From contig MU058687.1 in assembly GCA_013265495.1 (NCBI GenBank), forward strand, positions 372,001 through 436,000: 64,000 bases of DNA. Direction: 5' to 3'. Source of the DNA: Vicugna vicugna. Taxonomy: Eukaryota. A program made the position numbers and the translations under genes. The notes under the pieces were generated by a model. It was not told the DNA's origin. It searched no databases and saw only the letters and a list, made by a program, of their open reading frames with translations. This document shows, in pieces, positions 36,701-49,246 of the stretch (position 1 is the stretch's first letter; each line of letters starts with the position of its first letter).

Positions 36701-39700
36701 CTTTAGATTTTCAAATAAATCTCAACCAAACCACCTACATTTATAGGTGAACTGGACCTAGAGCACACATTTGACCTTGTCAGCTCAAATCAGGACTCCG
36801 TAATTTTTTTTAAACACCTGATTAATTTTACTTGAACACATACTGGAGGCTAGGAGGACCTTTTCCCACTCCATCTCTTAGATGAACAGATAAATTGGGA
36901 TTGTAGAGAAGCCTGGCCCGGGTGGCTCCTGAGGATACAGGAAAGTTTCTGCTGCTCTCCTATCAAATTCTACAGGTCTCTGCCCTCCTGGTAAAGGAAC
37001 TCATGCCCATGAGCTGAGGTACTCTGCTGTCAGCCAGACAGAGCCTAGCATGTGGCTGGGGCCTTAGGAGTCTAGAGAGACCCCAGATCTAGATCCGTTT
37101 ATCCTATTTTAGGAGCTGGGAATGAGATCCTACACAAATGCTTTTGACTCTCCATTAAGTATAGGCCAATGATATGGGTGTTATCTCTTCTTTTTATATG
37201 AGTATCATGGCAGGTGGGAGGATTTCCAACCAGGAATAGGAGGAATTCTAGTCTTGTTTGCTTACATTTCTGATGGGATGAACACTTCATGCAGGGACCT
37301 CTGGACCCTGTTTCTATGAGGAAAAGTCAGTTAAGTGATTCAAAAACAGGCTTTTAAGAAGAGGATAGAGAAGCACATGGGGCTAAACACAGAAGGACTT
37401 TCTGCTCTGGCTCCCTTTACCCTTCACTTTTCTCCCCTGCCCACAAGTTTACTCAGTTTACTCTCAACATAGCAGCCAGAGCGGTGCTTCTCAAACAGAT
37501 GTCAGATCATGTCTCTCCTTAGCTCAAAATCCTCCAGTGGTTTCCTCCTTAGACAAATAGCCAAAGTCCTAACACCCCCTCTCACGTGTCTCTGACCTCA
37601 CCTCTTACCTCCCTCCCACCACTCCCTCCGCTCCGGCCGCGCTGACCTCCTGGAAGCCGTTCCTTGAACACATCAAGATGGTTCCTGCTTTAGGTTTTTG
37701 CACCAGCTGCTTCTTTAGCCTGGAATATTCATCCTACAAATGTCTTGTATAGCTTGCTCCCCATTCCCCTCAATCTCTGATCAAATGAATCTTACCAATG
37801 AGGTCTTCCCTGACCATCCTATTAAACAGCATCTCCATCCGGCCACCAGCACCAGCATTCCCCATCGGCCTTGCCCTGCTTTATTTTTCTCCATAGCATC
37901 TATAGTACCTGACATACTTTGTATTCACTCATTTTCTGTCTCCTTCAACTAGAATCTAAGGTCCATGAGGACAGGGTCAGTGACTTTTTTGTTGCCTGCT
38001 CTCTGTCCCCAGTAACTTCACCAGTGTCTAGTACACAGTAAGCACTCATATGCTGAATAAATGAATGAATGAGTACATGAATGAATGATGAATCAGGACT
38101 CAGACTCTCACGTAGACACGTTAGGCAGTTTGCCATGGACAAGGGACTTAAGCCTTCTGTGAGGACAAAACAATGGATCTGGAAGACTGAATTAGCATAC
38201 TTGTAAAACAGAATCCGTTTCTGCTGTGACATTTTTGTTATAACAAAATTTTGCCTATAAATATTCTTCACAATATTAAATCTTATTAATTTACATATTC
38301 TTTGCATAATAAAAATGTACCATAAAGTCAACAATAGTCCTAAAAAATTCTCTGTAAAGTTTTGATCAGAGAATTGAAGTAGGCAATCTTTAAAAATATT
38401 TCACTTTTAAATTCCATTATTCTTCTCAAAAACTTTATGCTGAGAGGAAAGAGTCACACAAAAAAGACAATATAAACTATATGATTCCGTCTACATGAAA
38501 TGTAAGAAGAGCAAAACGAGTCTATAATGACAGCAGATCAGTGGTCGCCTGGTTTCGGGGAGGGGGAAATTCAATGCAAAGGGGCGTAAGGAAAGTCCCA
38601 CATTTGTAAACACTCATTTAACTGGACACTTAAAATGGATACATCGAATTGTACGTAAGTTATTCCTCAATAAAGCTGATAAAAACAACTTCTATAATTC
38701 TGCTTTAACAAGTTGGAGAATTAAGAATATCATGGACAGGAAGTACTTTCAACTTTTTAGGGAAAACTCTAGTATTTTTAAATATAAATAACCAGCTATA
38801 ACAAGAGCCCAGAGTCACCACAGTGCTTTAGCAATGGTGCAATACTGAAGGTGGCAGTAACACTTCAAAGGGCTAAATACCCATAAAGAGAATATTCATA
38901 TAGGGAAAACGAATTATTCAAGACGCAGATTTCCAAAAATTACCTCAAAGAGCAGAGCCTGGGCTTTCTCTTCTGGCAGTAAGCGCAGTCCCGCTGTTGC
39001 CTTCAGGACCACCGGGGTCCTCTTCCAGTGACTTCGGGGGATGGAGTCTTTGGCCACCTCTAAGAGTTCTTGAACAGACTCCGCACCCTTCAAAAGAGAT
39101 GACCCACGTGTCCAGTGGACAGTCCATTCAGTGGAGCTTGTCTACCCCTCAACATGCCCTCTGTTCCAACCCTCCTCTGCTCTGAAGAGGAGAGACAGAG
39201 AAGTGGATTCTTTGAAGAAGGAGAAGCCATTTCATTTTAAGTAATAATAAAAATGATTCTTTTGTAGTCTGGTCACTTTAATTGTTATTTTGTGTCTCAT
39301 ACAAAAACTAGCTTCAGGCCAGAAAGTTGGTGTAGTGAAGGGAACGAGGTTTGGAGTTAGAAGACTTGGTCGCTAGTCCTGTGGGCTAACATAGATCACA
39401 TGGCCTTCCTGGGGCCTGGCTTCCTCAGCTGGGAGATGGAGGTATGCCTCGTACCATTACACAAGACTGCTGTGTGCACACGATGAGGCGGACCCTACAG
39501 AGCTGCCACCCAGATGCTAGCTGCAGCTGTTATTATGCTACACCTTTTATGATCTCCGTAAGGACAAAACACGTCAAGTTCATTTTTGCATAACCAGCAC
39601 GTACATGCGTGGTACACAGTAGATGCTCAAATTATGATAAATTAAAAATTATTATTTTAAATCCATTGTTTCTCTTGAGTAAACATCTGTTCTGACAATA

Positions 39701-41647
39701 CACTACCTCTTAATCATTATAATTATTAGCAACCACAACACAATTTTATTCTCCAAATGTCAAGTCAGTTTCTAATAATGTAGTTATGTTCAACAGCTCC
39801 TAATTTTCTAGCACATTTGTCATTTGTCAATGGTGAGCTGAGAAAACAAACATCCTCTCGATTTTTCAAGTTCAAGCCATTAAAAAATTTTTTTTCTTTT
39901 TTCTTCTTTTTTTGGGGGGGTAATTTGATTGATTGATTGATTTTAATGGAGGTGGTGGGGATTGAACCCAGGACCTCATGCATGCTAAGCATGCACTCTA
40001 CCCATGAGCTATATCCTTCTCTCCAAGTTCAAGTCATTTTTACCATCAGGTTTTCCTTTGGTTAATGATTACACTTGTGACACTGAACAATATCTTCATG
40101 TCTGCTACCAAAGTTCAATATTCCACCCTATTCTATTTGATTTTGGTGTGGCCTGTGACACTCTGGGTGCTGCAGGTTGTGAGAGCTCAAATGTGAAATA
40201 CAGTCACGACAGAACTGTACATTTGTCTTCTATTACTGAAGATTTCCGTTATCATGGATTCTTGCCTAATTGCTAGAATATGGTCCTGCCCTGTGTCAGG
40301 GCACTCTGAAATGGAGTTTATTGGGTTTACATTTTCTCAACTGCCATGTGTATACCTCCTGCTTTATAGAGAACTTCATATCCATCTTCTGCATCTACAT
40401 TAATTGATGCTGTTGATAGCTTCAGCTCAAAATCTTTAACAGTAAATACAAAGTGGGTAATCTCTTTAAAGATGGTGTTATCCCTGCATGGCCACCATCT
40501 ACTTTCACACCTCCTTCCACCCAAGCCCTGGTCAGCCCAGGGTGTACAATTACTGTGATTCAGGAGATTAGATGAGGACAGAAAACTGACCTCATACACA
40601 ACCTCAGTATCAGTAGTGAACAGCATGAGATATTTAACAGCAGGGGTGTGATAGAAGTAGGCATTCGTGAATCTAAGCATCTAATTGTAAATAACTCACC
40701 TGCTTAGGTTGATCTACAAAAGCAGAAAGTCCTGGCTTCACAGAATCAAAAATTTCTCCTTCCAGAATTGGAAGCTGTCCTACTTTGCCCATGGAACAAA
40801 ACAGAAAGAGATGGCTGAGTACCAAAAGTTAGGCGGTTTCGGATACTGGGCTCTGTATGATATGACTATACTAGATTAACCTGCTGTTTCCTCAAGCTAT
40901 TCCAAGTTATTCCACCTGTGAGGAGTGGCTTGCGGGAGTACTGGGTAGGGAGATAGAGGATGAAAAGTAATCACTGATGGTCCTTCTGCCATTTCTCTGC
41001 TGGACACCTAGCTTCTACTCCTTTCCCTAGACTTGTGTGTAACCTGAGGATAGAACACTGAAAATTCAGAAAAAGTTTATCTTTAGGATCACCTCACTCC
41101 TTCTCCAAGGATGGTAGTGATCTTTCTTTCAAGACCACTCTCAATATTTTGGACCTTGGAGTATTAACCACCTTTACAGAAAAGGAAAGATAAATTACAG
41201 CTATACTTCTTGGACACATGAGTTTCAGACTATAGGCAGTCCAGATCTCTCTTAATTTCACAGTGAATTAAATCATCTGTGTTCAGTTATAGTCCAAAGT
41301 GTTCTCTGAAGAAAGACATTCAGTAGCCATAAGACTCTATAATCGACATCACACACTCTCAGCACATTTCTGGAAGGAGATGCTAAAGTGTGGATTTATA
41401 GGGTCTGGTAAGGGTACCACTTGCACTTACCTGGTATCTTCTGCACAAATGTGTAAACATGAATTCGAGTTCCAGTGCTCCCTGCATCAAACATAATTCC
41501 ATACAAGGTGCTGGCACTGACATTGACAGGACACATGGAAGACAGGAAGACACCCTCAAACCAAGTCTGCTGGTCTCTGTGGAAGACAGTGCTGCAAACA
41601 CAGGATGCCACCAGCACGAAGAAGGCTGCCCCCCAGGAAGTGGCCAT
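27656..41647 (-). CDS. ENTPD5: ENTPD5 (NTPDase5/CD39L4), ER UDPase/GDPase, complete canonical CDS: join(41431-41647,40700-40779,38944-39087,36419-36494,36105-36140,35665-35753,35282-35361,34521-34582,33494-33595,32400-32540,31423-31479,30609-30724,27656-27742) = 1287 nt, 428 aa
   Basis: Signal peptide [19 protein letters not shown]; apyrase conserved regions [30 protein letters not shown] and GWALG; ends LGISH*; frame intact. Confidence 0.98.
28314..28427 (+). mobile_element. vic-1-like SINE with deleted anticodon arm
   Basis: 13-bp TSD caaaggagaaaag at 28301-28313 and 28428-28440; (aaat)n and A tail. Confidence 0.88.
30218..30415. mobile_element. MER8/Tigger2-like MITE
   Basis: Imperfect TIRs ctgtagacccttgaacaac...gttgtgcaagggccaagtg flanked by TA. 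Confidence 0.72.
30609..30724 (-). CDS. ENTPD5: ENTPD5 coding exon 12
   Basis: ctccag/gtaaga; [31 protein letters not shown]. Confidence 0.96.
31423..31479 (-). CDS. ENTPD5: ENTPD5 coding exon 11
   Basis: tttcag/gtaagt; [18 protein letters not shown]. Confidence 0.95.
31526..31680 (+). mobile_element. vic-1-like SINE, full length
   Basis: A/B boxes and (caaaa)n tail; TSD aaaccttcaagga at 31513-31525 and 31681-31693. Confidence 0.92.
31986..32134 (-). mobile_element. vic-1-like SINE inserted in an old L1M 3' end (about 31860-32200)
   Basis: Reverse-complement head ...ctaccactgagctataccctcccc; flanking repeat tacacttt. Confidence 0.9.
32400..32540 (-). CDS. ENTPD5: ENTPD5 coding exon 10
   Basis: cagcag/gtaagt; [10 protein letters not shown]...[17 protein letters not shown]. 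Confidence 0.95.
33172..33392 (+). mobile_element. Young L1 extreme 3' end with poly-A
   Basis: gtatagcacagggaatata...cacaacattgtaaa followed by poly-A; near-TSD aaaagacaagcttccc / aaaggacaagcctccc. Confidence 0.85.
33494..33595 (-). CDS. ENTPD5: ENTPD5 coding exon 9 (GC donor)
   Basis: tttcag/gcaagt; [33 protein letters not shown]. Confidence 0.93.
34521..34582 (-). CDS. ENTPD5: ENTPD5 coding exon 8
   Basis: ttacag/gttcgt; [20 protein letters not shown]. Confidence 0.94.
35282..35361 (-). CDS. ENTPD5: ENTPD5 coding exon 7
   Basis: ttgcag/gtgagg; [26 protein letters not shown]. Confidence 0.95.
35665..35753 (-). CDS. ENTPD5: ENTPD5 coding exon 6
   Basis: tcacag/gtgagt; [22 protein letters not shown]. 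Confidence 0.96.
36105..36140 (-). CDS. ENTPD5: ENTPD5 coding exon 5 (36 nt)
   Basis: ttttag/gtaata; [11 protein letters not shown]. Confidence 0.94.
36419..36494 (-). CDS. ENTPD5: ENTPD5 coding exon 4
   Basis: ctctag/gtagga; [25 protein letters not shown]. Confidence 0.95.
37440..38090 (+). mobile_element. L2 fragment
   Basis: gtcagatcatgtctctcct...ctcaaaatcctccagtgg..., ending in (gaat)n. Confidence 0.75.
38944..39087 (-). CDS. ENTPD5: ENTPD5 coding exon 3
   Basis: ttgaag/gtaatt; [13 protein letters not shown]...[14 protein letters not shown]. Confidence 0.95.
39882..40023 (-). mobile_element. vic-1-like SINE
   Basis: TSD caagttcaagccatt (39867-39881) / caagttcaagtcatt (40024-40038); tRNA-Ala-like head. 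Confidence 0.9.
40700..40779 (-). CDS. ENTPD5: ENTPD5 coding exon 2
   Basis: aagtag/gtgagt; [26 protein letters not shown]. Confidence 0.95.
41431..41647 (-). CDS. ENTPD5: ENTPD5 first canonical coding exon (exon starts upstream at about 41716)
   Basis: agaATGg strong Kozak context; MATSWG...[19 protein letters not shown]; gtaagt donor. Confidence 0.96.
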
Positions 41648-44600
41648 TCTCTTCCCAAGATGTGGTGAGTGTAGGCTTTTGTTACAGAAGCAGTGCTGTG
41701 CATACACCTGCAGTGGCTTATAGGACAGAGGTACACAAGGTTAGACCAACTGGCTTTTTTGTTTACACCTGTAAAAGAAGAAACCCATTACAGAAATCCC
41801 ACCCTCTTCCCCAAGGTGCTCCTTCTCTATTCCTAATAACCAGCACAACAAGCTGGACCAGGGAGGCATATGCTCTTAGCACCTTTTCTGAAGGATATCT
41901 GGTTGCAAAAGGAAACTTGGATTGAAAATGTATTTTCCCATACTCTGCTTTTAACTGTAGGGTGGATCTCACTTATTCAAAGGCTCTCTCTGCTACCTTG
42001 CTCCCAATGTTGAGCCTAATTTTCTTCTTATTTTTACAATTGTCTTTAGATCATATACTGACACTCCTTCTCTTTTTTCTTTCTGATTAATAGGTAAGAA
42101 GCTTCAATTCCTGAATTAAAGTATAGTTAAAAAAAGTTATAAAGTCCCTAACATGGGGTGTTCACAGACTATAAAAATCAGGCCACTGGACTGCCACCTG
42201 TGACCAACAATATCGCCAGTGGCTTGCACATTCAATGACATAATTCAAAAACACTTAAACAAACCATTATGGTTTCTAAAACATCCTTCACAGGTTTCAG
42301 GCCATGCTGTCTCCATAAGAACTTAGAGCAGATGGGGAAATTAAGACATAAAGCCTCAATGACTTGCTGAAAGTCATCAAGCAGGTCAGCGGAGAGTTAT
42401 GGCAAGTTACTGCTTGTATTTCTTAAAGCGTCCCCAGCAAAGACAAAAACCTTGTAAGTGCTTAGCATTATTTGCTTTGGATTTATATATTACGGGAGGT
42501 TGGAGACAAATGATGCAGGATGCCTAGAGTAAGGTTACGTGGAAAAATGTCTCCTGGATAGGCTGTATTTTCTCCTGGTATTAATGAAGAATGCCACGTC
42601 TGTTCTCTAACATTTAATTGATCTTTTGCACTTTGGTCAAAACAGTTTTGGGTGTTCTGACCCAGCTTTCACCTCTGGACTTCAGTGTAAGTCACAGTTA
42701 CTTGTTAAACAAGATCTAACTCTAAAGTCCCCACTTCCCAGTCTCCTTATCTCTAATAGAATACTTGGTGTATTTGGAGTATAGAATGAGAATCCTTAAT
42801 CATTCTCAAGTTGATCTCCCGGGGTTCCTTTGATCAGAATGTCTCCCTCCCCCATATTACATAAAATAAAGCAAATTACAGTTAATTGCATTTGTAATGT
42901 AAGACTATTTAAAATAACAAGTTGTTCCAAGGTAGTACGAAGGCAGAGTTAGAATTATCTGTCTGAACACTATTCAAGGCTGAACTTCTACCCTGTAGTT
43001 AAGAACGAGAGCTACTGGCTAGGAAATGAAAACTTAGAACCTCAAACAAAGGAAAGTCATCCCAGAAAATCAACCACAGCAACAGGGCAGCTCCCTGGCC
43101 AGATTCATACTCACATCTTAAATCACTCCTTTTGGCTGATTCTTTTGCAGCAACCAGGTTGGTCATGTAGATTAACCTAAATAATTGAAAACAAAAACCA
43201 CCTTTTCAGATTCTGAGTATTAACAAATCATTGCCTTCTCCAGAGCTCAAGCCGTACTCCACACTCAGTCCCTTCTCTCCCTGAGGAAGGGTATTATGGC
43301 CCCCCAGTCACCGGCCTGCTGCCATTGCAGTGACTGATTCCACAGCAGCCTCTTCAGTGCTCACTCATATTTTCTCTATTATTGTGGTTTCCGAAAAAAC
43401 CTCTCCAGCTTCTACTTCCTTTAAGCAAATACTTGTTTTTCTTCCAAAAGAAATTTCAAGGGAAAAAAAAAAGTGTATTAGGTATCTGTTTTCATGAGGT
43501 GAAAACTGCAGAGTCATACCAGGTGTTCCATGTAAAACTAAACAGTAGATTTTAGAGAAAGCAAAGGAAGAACACAGGAAACGCCCCTTCTGCTCTCAAC
43601 CTCTACCTCCTAATCCCACTTTCAACCTCATTTTTCTTCAAGATTAAGTATTTTAAGAATGCTATTAGAAATGCTACAACTTAGAGCATATAGAATGGCA
43701 CCCTATTTCACGACACCAGCCTACACTGCTTAGTCTTTGCTCAAATATCACCTTCTCAGTGAGACCTTCCTTGTCTACTATATTTAAAATCGAAACCCAC
43801 CTGGTCACATACACGTCTTCTATCTTCCTTCCCTGTTTTTTTTTTTTTCACAGCACTTCTCACCTTCTAGTACACTATTTAATTTACTACTTTTGTTTTT
43901 TTTTCATATTCCCTGTTCCAACTCCCCTCCCTCTTGTGAGCTATACATGCATGAGCAGGTATTTTTCTGTTTTGTTCACTGATGTGTTCCTGGCATACTG
44001 CGGGTGTTTTTGAGTATGTTAAATCCTTCTGGAGGGATGAACAGTGATCTAGTGACTCAGGGATTGGATCTTACCTATTTAATAAGAATATAAAGTTGAC
44101 TTCTCTTCAGAAGGAAGTTAATTACCTACCCATTGAAGTGAAGTTTTACACTGAAATCCGGTATGACTCTGCAGTTTTTACTTCATGAAGAACATGATTC
44201 CAAACTTCCAAGGAAGCATTGTTTCTCCAAATGTGTCAATTATATAAAAAGCTTTCTATGCTATTCAAAATAACATACATAGTTTTACTTTCCACAGACT
44301 GGAGAGTATACGTATCAGTATGTTAAAATCCACTCCCTTCAGAATTGGTCTCCTCAGTATCTCTCATTCACTACCTCCTTATTCACCCTCAACAAAGCCC
44401 CCTCTATAATTCTTTAGAGACTTTGGTGCCAGCTAGTGTTTGTCACTATGCCTGTCTCCTTCCAAGGTCTTTTCAGTGTATCTTTGTCTCCGCAGTAAAC
44501 ACTAATCCTCCCCACTTAGCCGTCCCAGAACTGCACACTCTGGATTCCCTCCCTCTTTGTCATCCAGAGCCTGGGAGGCCACAATCCCACAGGACCCGGG

Positions 44601-47600
44601 CCCCACCTGGGTGCTCACCTGCTTGTGTCTGCCCGGTCCCTGTGAAAGCTTGCTTTCACTATTGGTGTCTTTTGCTCTTTGCTCCTGTTTCAACCCTTCT
44701 GAATCAAACTGGCTTCGTGAACCACACTCACCTTTGTGCTAGTTTGCAACTTATTGCGTAGCATTTTGCTAACTCACTCCCTTCTTTATCCTTCACTCCT
44801 CCCTTACCCACCTTTTTTCTAAGTACACATGATTATCTGGTTCATCTACTTACATGTTAGTTAACTAAGTGTCAGCTAGTAGAATTATTGCTTATTGGGC
44901 TGAAGTTGCTCAGGAACTGAATTCTGTGTTGTTTTTACCCAGGAGATTATAGTGAACAGCACTCCTTGATAGCTTCTTCCATCCTTGAGATGAATGCAGA
45001 AAGCTGGCATTGAATTGTCTAGTAAGCACTACTGAGTGGCGAATATATACCAGACACTATGCTGGCTCCTACATACAAAAGAAAAATCAGATATAGTCCC
45101 AGCTATTGGGGAGATTTCAGCTTACTAGAAGAAACAAATAAATCAACAGCTATAGCGTACTGTGGCAAGTTCTCCGACAGAGCTATGCACAGGGTGTGAC
45201 AGGAATGGACGTTAAGAGTACATAACTCATCTTAGAAGGGGAGGGCAGGAGGTGGGAAGAGACTGAGAGGCTTTCCAAGGGATGAGAGGCATAAGCGGGT
45301 CCTGAATCAGAGGCAGAAATTGCCCAGGGGAAGTAACAGAAGAATTCTGAGGACTTCAAATATTACAAGTTCAGTATGGGTGGGATACAGAGATGTACCA
45401 GAATAGAGGCAGGTGTGGGAAAGAATGGTTCTGGAGGCATCAAATCAGATTTCAAAATGTATGGACTTGCTTTCCTTATACAGTTCCATGGTGACACCTG
45501 ACTGTTACTCATATCTATTCCCCCCAAAGCAAACATTAACATTGATTGACTTGAATAAAATGACAGTATTTTCCTACAGCGTAAAATAATGGAATGGGAG
45601 AGGTGCCTAGACAGTTCTACCAGAAAGTCTGAAAACAGTGAAATGTAAAAGCTCCCGCTGTCGGTTCTTCTGAGTTCCATGGCAAAGCTGGCTTTAACAA
45701 AGTTAAAAATTAAACACAACTCAAGTTTAAAATGTAACTAGAATGAAAATTTTAAAGAACAAGCTGAACCATGGGAATAGATTAGTCAAATCACCTACAA
45801 TATAAGTTAGTCAAGCAAAGTAAAACTAAGGTAGGTCCAATAAGGTAAGTCTGAGGCAGATTTCAGCATAGTGAGCAACACCTTATTTGAGGATGTAACT
45901 TAAGACCTACATATTCAATACTGAGGGCCAGAGCCCCGGAACACCTTGCTATTTGAAGAGCATATAAGGTGAAGGTACAAGATATCTTTTGTATTCCCAA
46001 AGCTAAGTACTGAGCCTGGAACATGTCAAACATCAGTAAACGTGTCCTGAATAGACTTGGTGCAGCTGGGCTAAGGGTATCTACAGACAGGAGCACTGGG
46101 CAGGGAGTACCTGTTTTCCTAGTGTCTTACTATGGCCAGGTATCACATCCCCAATTCTCCACTGCCCCTCCAAACCAGCCCAGAGGAGTGCTATTCTAGG
46201 AAGTCTACTTAATCACATCATTCATTTATCCCATTCTAGAAATTATCAGTTGTCTAACGCTACTCATAAATGCAGCATGAAAAGATGAATCATCTTAGAC
46301 CTGCCCTTTAAGAGACTGCAGGAAACAGGAAAAAGACACATGTCCATTTAATTATCTCTGTAAAGTTAAAACGTGACAAGTAGCACAGTTCTATGCTCTG
46401 AGAGTAAAAGCAAGGAGAGATTACGTCCAGCTGGATGATCAGAGAAGGCTTTGTGAAAGGTGGCATCTGAGGAGGGTAGTAAGGAAGAGAAATAAAGAGG
46501 AGTGCTTTCCAGGAAAAAGAAATAATATGAACCAAGATATGGGCATAGAAAAGGGATGGGGGACCTTGGGGAATAGTGAACGGATCAGTTTAACTAACTG
46601 TAGTAGGAAATAAAGTTGGAAAGCAAACCTGAGATCAGATAGCAGAACACACCAAATACTAAGGAATTTAGACTTCACTTTGCAGGCAATGGGAAGCTAT
46701 TCAGAAATCTGAGTAAGAGAGTGTCAAAAATATGAATCTAGCAGTTACATGTAAGAAGGATTGGGGTGGGGCACCTTGGTAGGCTCCACCCACTTGTCTA
46801 ATTCTACAAATGTTTACTGATGCCTACTAAGAACTAGCTGCCTGAGAATTAAAGGTGAATTAACAGATTTTTTAAATTCAAGATGCTCAGAGTCTGGCAG
46901 AGGTGACAGATACACATACAAATAATCACATCTTTTAAGTTAATCATAAAACTGCTAAAGGAGCCCAAAGCACAGATGATTAGCCCTATCTAGAGGATTA
47001 AGAAAGGCATGAGATGACATTTGAACTGATCTGAAAATGAATAGAAGTAACTACATAAATAACAGAGACACATAAACAAAGACCAGAGGGACCATAAAAA
47101 GATGAAGACAGGCAGTAGGGAATTATGGATAGTTTGATTTCATTTTTAAATTTCTTCAAAATGAAAACAAAAAGGAGAAGATTAGAGTGAAAGAGGGTAT
47201 AGGAAGGTTAGCATCTAATGCAGAGGAAAGACTGTGGCCATAGGAACATAAATCTGAGCTAATAATAATATCAGCTAATATTTATTGAGACCTTAATAAA
47301 CAAGTGTGTGAAGTATTTTACATGAATTCTCATTTTATCTCACAATACCACTCTGTGAGGTAGGTTCTATTATTAATATCCCCATTCTAGAAATAAGAAA
47401 ACAGGCCTAAGTAATTTAAGAGCACACAGTAGTTAAGTGAAGAAAGTCAGAAATCAAACCCAGATGGTTTAAGTCCAGAGTCCACAGTTTTTACTGCTAG
47501 GTCACAGGAAGAGTCACCAGTATGGACTAGGGAAGGTTGAATACTGGGGTGGGGAGGAGAGTGTAGAGACGAGAGGGATGGTTAGAGATGACGCTGGAAA

Positions 47601-47689
47601 ATTAGACTGGCATCAGGATGGGAAAGTCTTATAGTGGTTTGAGCTCCTTTCTGTGCATGACCAAGAGGTTTTGATGTTTCCTGCCGGTC

Positions 47690-48400
47690 TACCTTTACTG
47701 CATTTCCAGAATCTGACCATTTCCATCACTACCACCTTGGCTTGAGCCACCACCATCTCTCATGTGATTTACTCTAATATTGTCCTAACAGATCTCTGCT
47801 TTTACCCTCACTCCTCTAGATTCTGTTTTTAACAAGCAACTAACATCATCCTTTTAAAACCTTCGTTAGAGTAAGTCGCTCCTCTGCAAATCCAGCATTG
47901 GTTTCTCATTTCCCTCGGGGTAGAAAGTCCCAACAATAGCCGTCATGGATCCACCTGTTCTGCCTCCCACCCCATTACCTCTCTAAAAGTTTTCACCTCT
48001 CTCGCTCCACCCACATCGACGTTTGTGCTGAAATGTCACATGTGTTCCTGCCTTAGGCCTTTGCTCTAGCTGTCCCCAATGTCTGGTACAATCTCTTCCC
48101 ATACATCCATTTGATCAATTCCTGTAACTCCTTCAAATCATTGTTCAAATGACACTTCCTTATTGAGGCCTCTCTTTAATACCATAACCTCCCTCCTCAT
48201 GTGTCCCCTGTCTGTCTGCTTTCTCAATACCCCCTTTTTTGATCTACTTTTTTTCTCCATACTACTTACCAATTCTAATATTCTAGACAGCTTATTTACT
48301 ATACTTATTATCTGTGTTTCTCTGATAGAATATAAACTCCTTGAGAGCAGAAATCTTGTTTTGATGCCAAAGCACTTAGAAGACTGTCCAAGAAGATGCT
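47690..48400 (+). mobile_element. L2 fragment
   Basis: ccagaatctgaccattt...ccaccatctctca...aaactccttgagagcag. Confidence 0.65.
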
Positions 48401-48725
48401 CAATACAAAGTGACAATAGGAATAAACTGCAAAGTGACATAACAAGGGAGAATACTTTAATAAGTAAACAAAATGTTAAGAGAGAATGTAATTAATTAAC
48501 ATCTAATCTAGTCATACTAATTTGTTTTAGGAGAAACTGTAATTTTATTTTTCTGAATCTACTGGTTCTATAGCTAAACTGAATTTCTTTAACCAAACAC
48601 ATTCAAATTGTTAAAACTATGATAAACTTTCCAAAAAAAAAAACCAAAACCTAAAGGGTACTAAACATTGTTTATATTGTCCAAATTCTCTTCTGTATAT
48701 CAAGCCAATAAATATTATAATATGC

Positions 48726-49246
48726 TGTACATTAGTTATCTATTGCTACACAACAAATAACCCCAAAACTTAGTTGCTTAAGAGGACAATAAATACTATC
48801 TCATAGTTTCTATAGTTCAGGAAACTGGGAGTGACTTAATTGGACAGTTCTGGCTCAGGGTCTCTCATGATACTGTAGGCCAGGGCTGCAGTCATCTGAA
48901 GGCTTGACTGAGGCTGAGGCTCTACCTCCAAGATCCCTCACTCAATGGTTGGCAAGCTGATCTTGGCTGTTGGAAAAAAGCCTCAGTTGTTTCCCACGTG
49001 TGCTCTCCATAGGGCTTTGAATGCCTTCACAACATGGTGGCTGGCTTCCTCCAGAGTGCAATTCCAGAGAGCAAGGCAGAAGCAGCAATGCTTTGTGTGA
49101 CTTAGCTCTGCAGGTCATAACTTTCCCCATATTTCACTGGTAGTACTGACTAACTCTGACGCAATGTGCAAGGGGACTAAATATTAGGAGGCATAAATAT
49201 TAGGAGGTGAGGCTCACTGAGGGCCATCTTGGAGGCTGGTTGCTGC
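48726..49246 (-). mobile_element. MLT1-type MaLR solo LTR
   Basis: attagttatctattgct...ccccaaaacttag...ggccatcttggaggctg signature. Confidence 0.75.
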
